Shown here: one piece after another, positions 1 through 12,004 of the stretch
How the letters are laid out: each line of letters starts with the position of its first letter
Numbering within the stretch: the first letter of the stretch is position 1
Assembly (NCBI RefSeq): GCF_963853765.1
Contig: NC_088854.1
Location: forward strand, 29,946,001-30,010,000
Reading direction: 5' to 3'
Origin: Magallana gigas
Taxonomy: Eukaryota
DNA length: 64,000 bases
Made by a program: the position numbers and the translations under genes
Notes under the pieces: model-generated
What the model was told of the DNA's origin: nothing
The model's input: only the letters and a program-made list of their open reading frames with translations
Databases searched by the model: none

Positions 1-2
1 TT

Positions 3-792
3 TGCTTACTCCCCTTGGCTTTCTGTGCCCCATCGGACATTGATAAGAGATGGCTGATAAACGGTAGGTGTTTACAAATCATACAAACAAACAAACAAAC
101 AAATAAGGAAAACTTAAACAACAACAACAAGAGCAACATATCCAAACAAATAAAATAAGCAAGCAAAAAGAAAATATAAGCATTATTATTATAAACATCT
201 TGACTCGGACGTTGAAATCAAATGGCGGACTAATCATAAAGCTTCTCTTTGCCTAAACTAGTCCACCAAGTGATTGAACAGATCAAACACCTCGTGACCC
301 CAGACATGGAACTTTCCGCCTGTGACACTGCCTGCAAATCCGTCGTGGCTGGACTCGGTGCCCTTGTCTGTCCCACTGCTTGCTCCACGTAAATCTATAT
401 CTCTATTCAAAGATCAAGTTATAAATCCTTGTTTTATCCCCAACATTTCTAATGATGATCTACACTTTTGAGTGCATGCGCATTTGATGGTTAGTTGTTC
501 TACGGTTTTTTTTTGTATATCAATTCAAGGATAACGGTCTTAATTGTTCAAAATCATGTTTTTGAAAATCTTCCTTCACTCCTGATTTAAATTATTGGAA
601 AAAAACCCGTATCTTGAAAAACTTTTTGTTTCCTCATTGATTATACAAACACATTATCGTTATTTTTCGATATGTTAATGGAGGGGGGGGGGGTTAAAGA
701 CGATTTTTTGTTTATTCATATCGATTATTCACCACCACTTTAACGTATATTTCTTTTTTATTTCCAGATTGATCGGCAGTCTTAACGGTTAA
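3..792 (+). CDS. Secreted prepropeptide, 5'-truncated. Exons <3-63, 262-388, 768-792. ...CLLPLAFCAPSDIDKR|WLINVHQVIEQIKHLVTPDMELSACDTACKSVVAGLGALVCPTACSTLIGSLNG*
   Basis: Not in the ORF track. Donors GTAGGT (64) and GTAAAT (389), acceptors ctag (261) and ttccag (767). Phases 1 and 2 join into one open frame ending TAA 790-792, with AATAAA at 795-800. Hydrophobic signal-peptide tail, dibasic KR and four Cys as CxxxC...CxxxC. Confidence 0.85.
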
Positions 793-1840
793 TCAATAAA
801 TATAAAAATCATTTCCTTGTTTCTTATATATTTCATTGGTTTCTTTTGTGTTTGACACCGACTAAAAAATACCGTAATGCATGTGTTCACGTACCTGGAT
901 GAAACAAGGGGTGTTGAACGAGGCGCATGGGGGTGGGCATTCATGGTTGATCTTCTTCGTCCATCTCTCCAACACCCATTATCCCCCATTCCAGAGGATG
1001 GTTCTGTTCTCTGTTTCTAAAAGCTCAATTTGTACAAAAAGAATACTAGTAAGACAATTTAATTCCTTAAATGATTATATTGAATTATTTGAGAGAGATT
1101 AGCAGAGAATTAGACTTTTAATGTTAATTGGCGAATAATGACCATGGCTGCAATATAATTTTTATTTAGGCTACAATAATTACAATTTTTACTGGTCACA
1201 CCTGTAACCAAGGTTACCAACCCAAGAAAATAGGGCACTTACGGCAACCAAAATGGCAGATACCGGTACATGTAAACCACAGGTGTTCGGTTGTTGGATA
1301 GTGGAGTTCTTAATTATCTGTTCCAGAAGACAGAACTGATTAAAATTGGTCATCTTATGTGTGTTTCTATGTATTGCAATAAAACAATGACTGAAAACGC
1401 CTTTTTAACAAGATTGAAACAGGGATTTTCAGTGAACTATTTTTTTATACTGATTTCTGTGATATCTATATGTAACAAATCAGTAATAGTTAATGTATGA
1501 ACCCCAAACTGAGAGTTGCCAAAGGTGGTGTTTGGTTACTTGTATCGTAAAATGGTTTTAGCACACGGATGGAATTAAGAAATTACTCTTGATTTCCCTG
1601 CTTTCAAGTGTATTGATTTGATCAATGAGAAAGTCGGACGTCATTCATATTCAGAACAATATTTTTTTGGAATGTTGATAATAATGGAAACAAGCGAAAT
1701 GGTATAATTAAAAGAAAAAGAAAAAAAAAACCATCCAAAATACAATGTACATGGTTTGATATTAGTTCACAGAATACTTTAGCAGTTTAATGTTTCAGTT
1801 ATACAGGGCAGTTAAATTTGCTTCCATTTGTATATAAATT

Positions 1841-2061
1841 CAGGCACGTAGCATCGATTTTGAAAGCGGGGGACCAGACTCATCCAAAAAGATATTGACA
1901 AGCCAAAAAAAAAAAAGCACACACACCTTTTCGAAATCTTCAAAAACTTAATCCATCGGGGGGGGGGGGGGGGGGGGGATGGGTCATTGTTTAATTTTTC
2001 ATATGTAAATTTAATAAAATTAGTTGCTGAGAGCTCGAGTAAAAGTTATGCTACGTGCCTG
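1841..2061. mobile_element. Non-autonomous DNA transposon (MITE) with 14-bp TIR CAGGCACGTAGCAT and 5-bp TSD AAATT
   Basis: TIRs at 1841-1854 and 2048-2061; AAATT at 1836-1840 and 2062-2066. Contains a poly-G tract. Same family as 29245-29582. Confidence 0.85.
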
Positions 2062-2529
2062 AAATTATCTACGTGTTTTATTACATCTATAAGATATTTA
2101 TAAACGATATAAACTACACAAACCATTTCCAATATACATGTATAACGTTAGGCCTACTGAATTATTTTTGTTTATTCATGATCAGTAACTTAATTTTATA
2201 ATTCTTTTATATCTATAGATATGTTATTTACCTGAAATCAAAACCTTTATTATCTTTGACACATGTATATACAAAATATTTACATAAATTATTTTTTACC
2301 GCGTTGAGACGAGTTGACTGTATGACATACCCTCTAGATCCGAAAAAGTAAATATATCACATACATTTATCGTTAAAACAAAATGTTATAAAACATTTTT
2401 GAACAAACACTTAATATGTACATTTGTTGATAGCTTATCTTTTAAGTTTGTTTCATCGTTTATTCTGTAAAAAGCTTCATTTAATTTTTTGCAGTTTGAA
2501 ATAATTCAAACACTATAGCTGTAACGGTT

Positions 2530-3729
2530 TGTTCCCGTTTTGCACACATTTGATAATTAGGTATCGAAAAAATGTGTGCAAAACGGGAATTTGACCAGGT
2601 GAGATAATTGCTTAATTGCTATAGTCTATATCACAGTTCCTGTAAGGGCAATTGACATTGAAATAAATAAAACATATCTACTCGCAATTGATATTTACAT
2701 TTATTTTATGTTACAATATAACTTGCATAAAAGCACATTTACATAATAATTGACATCCATGTTCTGGAATTGAATTTTAAACATCGATTTGGTCATGAAC
2801 ATTTTCATTAATTTCTTTAAACAAAACAGATTTTTGTATAATGTTGTATATATGGTGCTTTTATTAACTTCCTGCCTTTAGAAAGTATATGTACATGTAC
2901 ACGCTACAAGTTTGAAGAGCAAATATCATATATTAATATTTATTTATTGCTTTTGCTTACATAAATGGAGGAAATGTGTCCAGTGAAAACGCTGCTAATT
3001 ATAAAAATAATTTTTCATTTATGCTGTGGCTTGAATAATCGAAGAAAATACTATTAGACAAATTAATGTACGATGATATGAGGATCAAATGTAGACAAAA
3101 AAAGTGACTCGCAATATACTAAAGCGGTGAAGTCGATCTTAATATCTACTGTCAAGGCTGCTACTTCGAAGATTAAAATATTTTGTGATAAAGGACTATT
3201 TCTTTTCATAATAATCTTTATGTTGATACCAAACAACCAGTTATAAACATGCGTTTTACATATTTTGCAGCTACAATGTAAGTTGTAAAAAGAAACACGG
3301 AGTACCCTATATGACTGTCCGTGTAGTTTTCCCCATTATCATATAATTATCCACTGAATCAGCTTCCAATTGGCCCGGGGACCAACAATTTTTCTTCATT
3401 TCATCGAGTTTAAAGTAAATGGAAAAAAATGTAAAAGTCAAATCATCGAATCCTTAGTTTTCTTATCAGTGAGCAGAAATTTAAGACTAAAAAATTAATT
3501 ATCTTTATCTTATCAAATGAAAAAAATGGTGATAGTCATGAGTTATTAGTCTAAAACAAAACAAAATATCTATATTCTTCCTGTTTCATGGCGCTGATGA
3601 ATGAATGATAAAACACAAGTAAAAATCCAGGTAAAATCTTTGACTGAAAGCAGACTATAATTGCTATCACAACACAATTCACACCTTTTGTTCTATACCC
3701 AATTATCAAATGTGTGCAAAACGGGAACA
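2530..3729. repeat. Inverted repeat pair, possibly the ends of an old ~1.2-kb element or two inverted copies of a small repeat
   Basis: TGTTCCCGTTTTGCACACATTTGATAATT (2530-2558) is the exact reverse complement of 3701-3729. A 20-bp hairpin (2532-2551 / 2570-2589) sits at the left copy. No TSD found. Confidence 0.5.
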
Positions 3730-3831
3730 CTGTAACTTCCCAATGATTAGTAATATACATGTATCTCCGGGGAACCATTCGGTAAAACTCAGCTGATTCC
3801 GTGAGTGACGTAAAACAGTCAGATTCAGTCG

Positions 3832-4119
3832 CAACTTCTCGGGCCTTTCCGGCAAGCTCGGAAAAACACCTCGAATAGAATTTTATACAAAATGGAGTCG
3901 CTTCCCATCAAAATAAATATCGGCCAGACAGCATTGTATGTCGTTTCTGTGGTATATTTTAGGGTATATCATTTACCTTAATGAAGTCTAGCTCACATTT
4001 CAACAGATCGTAAAATGTTTTGAATTTATATCAAGTGTTATAAAAAGGGGGTTGTCATTGAAGCCTAGGTAATACATTCGAGGTGTTTTTCCGAGCCTGC
4101 CGGAAAGGCCCGAGAAGTT
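3832..4119. mobile_element. MITE, older copy of the long-TIR element at 13949-14271, in the opposite orientation
   Basis: TIR CAACTTCTCGGGCCTTTCCGGCAAGCTCGGAAAAACACCTCGAAT and its near-perfect inverse. Internal sequence is homologous to the reverse complement of the 13.9-kb copy. Confidence 0.8.
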
Positions 4120-4696
4120 AAAATTGCAGTCAGATTAAGTGCACATTGGTCGAGGAGTTCCGAGTATAAAGACCGGGGCGTTTTGCAAAGGACTGAACAT
4201 TCAATAGGACATAACAGTGAAACTAACACGTAGAAATCTTTATCAAATTGGCGTTATGAGACGAGGAAGAATCTATAATTTCTTAGCTCTTCTTATATAT
4301 ACTGTATATTGTACATGTACATGTATACTCGTAACAAAGATCTGATAAAAATCATATTCCAACAAAACACAAGGTACATGTATATCCTTATCGATTTCAG
4401 GATACATGTACAGTATTTATTTCGTAATGTTCATATTTACATGTTTTCCTTTGAACTGTCTTATAATTACAATAATGTTAATTCATTTTGAAATGAGTTT
4501 GAATTTTATTTCGGTAAATAAATTATCATCGGTGGACTGCTTATCAAATTTTTTTTAATTTTTTTTTTAAAATATTGTCTTGATTTGTTCGACTGGAGAA
4601 AAAGCAATACTCGTACAAGTAATTGATGTGCCTTCAAAAAACACAATTCAAACAATAGTGGATTAGGGAAATTTTTATGAATTATCTATAATTTAA

Positions 4697-5668
4697 AGGT
4701 ATATGTGGCGTGTTTGGATTAAAATTTTTGACATGAGTTTGGGTAAAAATATACATCATGCTTCTTATAATTAGACGTTTTTCTTTAATTACCGTGCCGG
4801 TAAAAAAAATAATATGTTTTTGATTTCTTGTATCTTTGTTATGCGATTGACTTATAAAGCGTATACAAATTTTTGTGAAAATCCTATCCTAAGTAAAGAA
4901 ATGAAGCAAATAATCAGATATCATTATTTTTATTCACTAAAAATACGTATACACATATACCTTAAATGAAGCGATTCTGGTCACTGAGGTAAAAAAAACC
5001 CCAATGCAACAATAAACGTGACAATAGAATTTAATAGGTAGAAAATCGGGAATTCCGTATCTTGTTTCAAACAATACTAGTATATTTACAAACCGATTTA
5101 CGTATGGTATAAACTCGAATAAAATTGAACTCATTCAAATGAGCATCTGAATATGAACGGAACTTAATTTACCTGATATACCCATCCAATATAACTTATC
5201 TATCCAACAACTGTAATGTCAATCTAAAATCTGATGAAGAAAATATAAAGATCCCATAGAAATTTAAAAGTTGCATCAATCTTGTTAATTAATATTATGC
5301 AAATCTGTGTGAAATTGTTAGAGAATTCTGGAAAATGCTTACTTTTGAAAAATTGTATCATATTTCATTCGCATTTTTATTTCTTCAAAAGAAAATATAA
5401 AAAATAAACAATGTCAAAAGTTTTCAAACTGTCTCGGTGATTATTCTTTGAAATCCGTCACAATATTTATGGGGCATAAACGGCAGTGTTTCACTCAAAG
5501 TCGGAAGGAACTAATTAATAATTGACCACTCTCCTCTGTCATTTCATCACGCACACTTCATCTTCATGTTAATGCTCCGGGACACTTCTAGCGAGTAGCC
5601 ATTACTTAGATACGTCACGCTTTTCTTAAAAAAGAAAAAAGGTCATCTAATTAACCTAACATGTACCT
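4697..5668. mobile_element. Probable Kolobok-type non-autonomous DNA transposon
   Basis: TTAA flanks at 4693-4696 and 5669-5672. Termini AGGTATATGT / ACATGTACCT form a 9/10 inverted match. TTAA TSD with short AGG-initiated TIRs is the Kolobok pattern. Confidence 0.5.
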
Positions 5669-5960
5669 TTAATGGTGGAAATATTTCATCAGATCCTAAC
5701 AAAGTATCATGCTCGAGGTGTTGCTAAAATGGCGTTTTTCACCGTCTTAAATTATACCTTTAATGGTAGGATCATGCTTAAGGTGTCGCTTGAATATGCT
5801 TTTCTTCATTTGTCGGTGCGTAAAGATGTGAAATGGACATTCCCGTAATCCCAATGTCCATGTACCATATACTATTTGCGTGGACCCTGAGGTCCACGCA
5901 GAAAATATATAAGCGAGGTTAAACCGGATGCTATGGGGAAAATTCAGCCTGCGCATGAGC

Positions 5961-6005
5961 TAGCCTGGTTCCTGTGCGTAATGGGTAGCTCAGGGAACCA
6001 GGCTA
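5961..6005. repeat. 45-bp hairpin with 12-bp inverted ends TAGCCTGGTTCC/GGAACCAGGCTA (Academ-like termini)
   Basis: Direct inverted match. TAG...CTA ends resemble Academ TIRs. No TSD seen. Confidence 0.4.
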
Positions 6006-6974
6006 ACACGTTTACGGAATTCCGTGCCATATGCACATATAAGTTCAAAGGCGCTGTAATTGTAAAGTTGTCGGTAAACACTCACTCACTGTACAGAAAC
6101 AAAGTATTCCTTTTAAAGAAATGATTGGCATGTGATATGAACTACCAGTATTATGAAATAAGTTAATATTATGCCGAAACTACAACATGCATCAAATAGC
6201 ATAATTTGCAATGTTTTGTTGTTTTCCGAATACACATGTAACTTAACGTAGTCGAGGCTAGAGAACTTCCCGATTAATTTTTTTAAGCATTTAATTATGT
6301 CACTATAAAAGTTTGAATCTCAAGAAAAATGCATCAAAATATGAAATTTTTAATTTACACAAAGCTGTCACTGCATAGTTAACAAAGTAGTGCGAATCGT
6401 AATGTGTGCGCAAATAGTAGAATTCACCGAATGCCTGATACTATACATGCAAACTTCATTCATAGATAGATCAAAATTATTTTAGAAGTATGAATCCTTT
6501 AAATTCTGAGATAAAAAGTCAGGGCTATACATACATGTATACGTACGTAATACAATGTTAAAAGCAGAGGGCTAGAGTCGGTGGAATCTCTGATAATCTA
6601 CAGGCTTTCACGTTTTCGTTGGAAACACATGCAAATGGTCCACGTATTGTAGTCCTTTTTTTAAGGACAGCAACTTGTTTACATTTTTTGAAAACAATGG
6701 CGTCATTGATTAATAATATAGGATGGCTGACCACAGCTTGTGTAAACTCACACGTCACAGATTGAAGACGTTACTCTGGTATTTGAGTTCTAATGTTTTA
6801 TGGCCAAACGTGACGTGATCTGTCCCTTGAAGGGGAGTAAGAACCAGATTCTTCCATAAATTCTAATGACAAGTGATGATAATATTAACGACACCTCAAT
6901 CCCCCATTGTCAAATCAAATGTTGCCCAACACCTACTTAAGATGTCGTGCGTGCCAATTAGCTGACACCCGTTG

Positions 6975-6980
6975 TATAAA
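6975..6980 (+). promoter_or_regulatory. Putative TATA box of Met/Gly-rich gene 1
   Basis: GTATAAA, 86 bp upstream of ATG 7061. Confidence 0.55.
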
Positions 6981-7060
6981 TTCTTTCTTCGGAGGCAGAT
7001 TCCGGCATTTTGAAAATTGAGGTTGCAACGCTTAGCCATCTCCCCGCAAATAGCTAAACC

Positions 7061-7824
7061 ATGAACGGATTAATAATTGTCGTAGTAGCACTTTTAGGAT
7101 GTGCATGTAAGTATTCAGTGAATTTCTCTTTCTTTCTTTAGGCATCTCTCCTTTTTTCACTTGCATTTGTTTTATTTTGCCTCTTTTAAATTAAAATTCT
7201 CTGTTGCAATGACTTGACTGGCATTAAAAAATATAACATTTCAACAAAAGCGGCAAAAAAATAAATAAATGAAGAAATAAATAAACAGATAAAATTGAAA
7301 ATTTAACGAAAGAAAAACTTTCTTTCTTTTTGTGATAAAATTTGAAATTTTATGTTCTCTGCACTATAGATGCTCAGATGGATAACCCAATGGCCTTGGC
7401 TATGCTTAGCGGGGGGCTACGTGGCAGTGCCAGCTCAGGAATGTCCGGTGGCATGGACCCAATGAGCCTGGCCCTTTTGGGTGGAGCCGGAAACAGTAAG
7501 ATGTTGAGGATGATGACCTTCATGAACATGATGAAGCCCCAGGAACCCACCCCCACCGAGGCTACCCCCGCCGACCCCGCCCAGCCACGAGCCACCCAGG
7601 ACAACACCAGCGTTAACCCAATGATGAACACCCTCATGACCCTCAGTCTGTGCAAGATCAGCGACACCGCCGGGGACCAGAGATTCTGTACTCCATTCAC
7701 CTGCAAGCTGGAATCTCTGCGCCGGTACGCTAACCCCAGCCTCCTGCAATGCCAACAGATGATGGGATGCTGCTTCAAGGATATGAGATCCATGTACATT
7801 GCTAACATGATGAAGGGATTGTAA
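7061..7824 (+). CDS. Secreted Met/Gly-rich protein with Pro/Thr linker and C-terminal six-Cys module, 166 aa (family member 1). Exons 7061-7106, 7370-7824
   Basis: Exon 1 encodes MNGLIIVVVALLGCA plus T|GTAAGT. Acceptor ctatag at 7369 completes Tyr and joins the 7342-7824 ORF (YAQMDNPMALAMLSGG...CKISDTAGDQRFCTPFTCKLESLRRYANPSLLQCQQMMGCCFKD...). GC-richer than flanks. Confidence 0.92.
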
Positions 7825-10543
7825 AAGTACGTTTCTCTTTCTTTTTTGTTCTAACAACTAGTTTTTTCCACCGCTACTGTCGGAATTAATTGGTTTTTCT
7901 AAAATGTACTGACTGTATTGCAAATTTGGTCAAACTGTAATTTTGGTAATTTGAATCCACCCGCTCCATTGAAAAGAAAAACTGAAATTACGGAAATCTA
8001 ATTTACAGTTCAGAATACACTTAAAGTGCTTTTAGAACAGTATTTTGATAAATTGATGCGGATGTGATAAATTGATATAATTTTAAATATGTAATGACTG
8101 ATTTTGAAAACAAATAACGATCCGGTATTCCGCTTACCAAAAAAAAAACCACCCACATGTACTATTATCGTTTCCGCAATCAATATGAGACAATAGTATT
8201 CGTTTACTATAACAGTATACTAGTATATATTTTCCCGATTAAGAACAATCTTTAATCAATAACAGTATCAATCATTCTGAGACATTAATTATTGTCCTTC
8301 TGCAATAAATCTTCAGGACAGAGACTCTCTATCTGCAAATGTCACTTTCGTCGGGTTTCACGTTAAATGTTATAAGTGTATAGATGTATCGGCGCTCAAG
8401 GTGCGCAAAGTGCCATGCCTGCACTTAACACTGACCGCTTGTATATTAAGACAAATTTACATAGACTGCCCCCTGGGGGCAAAGACTCGTAACTACAGCG
8501 TGACAATTACAGGCTTTCTGCCTGCTAAAAACATGTATCTGATGTTATGTGTCGTAATTTATGACCGATGTTTAAAAAAAAATTGTTGTTCTCTTTGCAG
8601 ATATTTTTTGTCTTGGAGATAGAAGAATATCACAAGGTTCATTTTTCATTCCTCCATTTTTTTTTGTTCTGACGGACGACAAACCGGTGATGCCAGCGTC
8701 TGGTCAACAAAGACTGAACATCTAGGTGCCTCTCGTTTTTCATCTGATGGTCTTCAAAAGACTTGTTGTCACTGTACATGTAATTTATTACAGCATAAAT
8801 TATTGTTTTTGTTAATTAAAAAAACAACCAACGTTAATGTATTTTGTTTTATGATATGAATTCAATGTTTTTTTAAAGGCCAAAACCTTACGTGACATTA
8901 GTAAAGAACAAAGAGTGCATTAATTGAGTTAAATTATACATGTAAATGCACTTCGTTTTTGTAGTTTGGTGATTAAATCCACGTGCAATCGTTGCAAAAT
9001 ACAATGTGCTAAGAATAAAGTACACAATAGCAAAGAAAAATCATAAGCTATAGAAAAGCCTTCCTTTTCGCGTATTTAATATGTTTTCTCAAAGTAAAAG
9101 AAAAACAACATTTTAATTTGTTTTCGTTTTTCTGGGATCCAAATATCACAGGCATAAAACAGAGTTGCAGCCAACTAGGATTTATCTACACGAGTACGTG
9201 AAAAAAGTCAGGACCCCACTAGGTGTATCAAAACTGAAGTCACACTTGATTTAAAGTGTATGATTATAAACTTGATTCTAACTGTTAGGAAAAAACTAAC
9301 AAATTACTTGACGTGCCTCTATTGGCAAAGATATATAAGTATGTCTTTGTTTTATAAATATACTAAGTCTTGTAATTAATAAAATCATTAAAAAAAAACA
9401 TGTTTCATTGCTAAATATTATTTATACAATTGAATGCTTTCTTTGGTGATCCATACGGATATGAAAGCTTCGACATTGCAGAAAAAATACATAACTCTTA
9501 GCGGGTTATGTATTTTTTTTTTTAAATGATCGCTACCTTCATAACCCGCATGAATCATTTCTATAGAGCTATGAATTAACTATAAGTTTCCGTAAGAAGT
9601 AGAGGGAATCATATACTTGATAGATGTAAATATAGTAAATAGATAGATGTAAATATATTCTCTTGAACTCGTAATTTTATTACACAAGAATTTTGTGTCA
9701 TCAACTCTTCAAGCAGACGTATCTTATCATTTTTAAAAAAAAAAATAATAATAATATTTATCAAAATAAAATACAAAAAAGACAAAAAAGGCAAACAAAA
9801 TAAACAAGACACCAAACTCAAAAAAAAAAAAAATAACCCCTCCACCCCGCAAAAATGTAACAACAATCATTTGATAATTTTCTGTTATTAATGTTACCAT
9901 TTGCTTTTATGACGTCTGTTGTTCTGTCTCCTTTCTATCATTAATTTATGAATATGAAATGCGTTTTGTTTTTACCATCTTTCTCTTCCACAACCGATCT
10001 TACTTTTCCCCCATATACATATATTTGCAAATTAAGGGATATTATAAGCTACTTTTCTTTTCAAATACTTTTGGCAAATTCATTTCAAAATGTCCGGTCT
10101 GAAGCTAACGCCATCTATCTATCAATATGCATTGTTTGTGAATTGTAAAGTAATTCGAATGACGTAATTGTTATTCATCCAATCAAAATCATTCACTTTA
10201 TACCCAAGTTTTTTTCTAGCTGAATCCGACTAAACGTGTAAATTGTTATGAAATAACTTGGTAAGGTGCTTTCAGAAGAAAGGTTCAGTAAAAAAATATG
10301 ACTATGGTTGCTTGGAGTTGACATTCTTTTACGCCATTTTTTCAAGTTATGTCCAATCCCATCGGAGAAGGCCCGAGAAGCTGCGATTGGTCTAATCAAA
10401 GTAACCGAATGCTACGGCGCTATATATACTGTATCCAAATTAAAAATAAAAAAAAAAGAAATCAACACAAAGCATTCTTGAGAAAAAAATCACATTTATT
10501 AGAAAACAATCAACGAAGAAGACAACAACAATGACGACATGGA

Positions 10544-11400
10544 TTATCCCTGGGCGGCTGTGGAGCTCTGAGATCCGCCACCCCCGCCGTTGAGGAGACT
10601 GAGCATCATGAGCTTGTCCATCTTTGCGCCGCCGCTGTTACCCAGAAGTGACATCATCACGAATGGGTTAATGCCACCCCCGCCTCCTTTGTTGTTTCCT
10701 AGTAAGGACATCATCATCATATTCTGAGCCATGTTTTCTGAGAATTGTGCTTGGACATCTATGGGGAAACCAAAAATGACAATTGAGTTAAATACGAAGA
10801 CAGTCTGTTCTGTTTATAGAAGGTAAAAAAAATATCTTCTGAAAATGAATGAAGCTTACTGATATAAATTATTTCTTCACACAACTGTCAATTTAAATTT
10901 ATCTCTTATCTTTATCCATTCTGAACTTGAGCGCAATTTTTTTGCTATTTTTTGCTATGACTTGAAATTCGGAAATGTATAACGATGGACTTGCATCATT
11001 TATCGCGTATTTACTTAATAATATGAAAATAAATCATATGCATTTACACTTGACATATTGGGAGGAATATTTTTGAGTTACCACAAAAAACAATGCTTTA
11101 AAATGGAGCGCTTAAATAGAATTAAAGTAATCCTTTAAAATGGTATTATACAATCATGCAAATTTGGTAAAAAAATATAAGGAAAAACTCTTGACTTTTA
11201 CTTATATTTGAATTAATTGCGTATTTTTGCTTCGTTACTTCAAATTTTCGACGGAAATTGCTAAGAAAAGAAATTATATTCGATTTGAACAAAAAAAAAA
11301 GGCTTTGTAATTTAACTTTCTAAAAATAGATATGACATAACTTATAAAAATACTTACATGTAACGGTGAATATTAATGCTAAAATAAATAGTCCTTTCAT
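10544..11400 (-). CDS. Secreted Met/Gly-rich protein without the Cys module, 85 aa (family member 2). Exons 11400-11358, 10758-10544
   Basis: Exon 1 encodes MKGLFILALIFTVT plus T|GTAAGT. Acceptor ccatag completes Tyr, giving YVQAQFSEN followed by ORF 10732-10544 (MAQNMMMMSLLGNNKGGGGG...). Same phase-1 split Tyr codon as members 1 and 3. Confidence 0.9.
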
Positions 11401-11491
11401 TTTGACTGTTTCTATAGCATAAAACTATGCGCACAGCGTTGAGGTGATGAGTGTCCGATGTGAATCCTGTCAAACAACTGTGACCTTCCAC

Positions 11492-11498
11492 TTATATA
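11492..11498 (-). promoter_or_regulatory. Putative TATA box of Met/Gly-rich gene 2
   Basis: TATATAA on the minus strand, about 92 bp upstream of ATG 11400. Confidence 0.5.
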
Positions 11499-12004
11499 GT
11501 GGCAACAAAAGCGTCAAGAGCCTCTGGTTTTGGCCAGTGGGCACTAGACGGACGACCATAGACAGTAACTCATGTGTAAGAGACCCCCCTATTTCTCGAC
11601 GTGTAATAAAGATATATCATTGTTTTCCAGAGTTTTTCAGATAGGGGAAAATGTCAAAATTATTTTGATTACAAGATGAATGACGTCTATTATAGCACGG
11701 CTCCTTGACAAGCATTCGGTCTGTACTGTCATAGTTTTCTTTCATCACGCATTCGTATTTTAAGAAATAAAAGTGATATCGGCGGTAAATCTCTACAGAT
11801 TTTTTATTATTTTCATATTTATGCTTAAAAGAGAACTCACCTACCTAACCGGTGCCTTTTATGTTTATTTCTACATTGATTAAAAAAAAGCGTATGCTTT
11901 TCTAAAGTCTATTGTTTTGTACAACGGGGTGCTTGGGTTTTAGAACGTAGAGGAAGACAGCGATGCTTTATTTAGAGACATTAAAGCACAAAACTAAGGT
12001 AGTG

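Noticed and set aside
789-1102. Overlapping 66-aa (-) and 73-aa (+) ORFs just downstream of the prepropeptide gene
   Set aside because: No signal peptide, domain or convincing exon partners.
7374-7857. Two long minus-strand ORFs (144 and 140 aa) overlapping Met/Gly gene 1
   Set aside because: Antisense shadows of a GC-rich coding exon. The plus frame has a signal exon, splice sites, a TATA box and paralogs.
9501-9549. 10-bp inverted repeat GCGGGTTATG/CATAACCCGC
   Set aside because: Too short and isolated; probably a repeat remnant.
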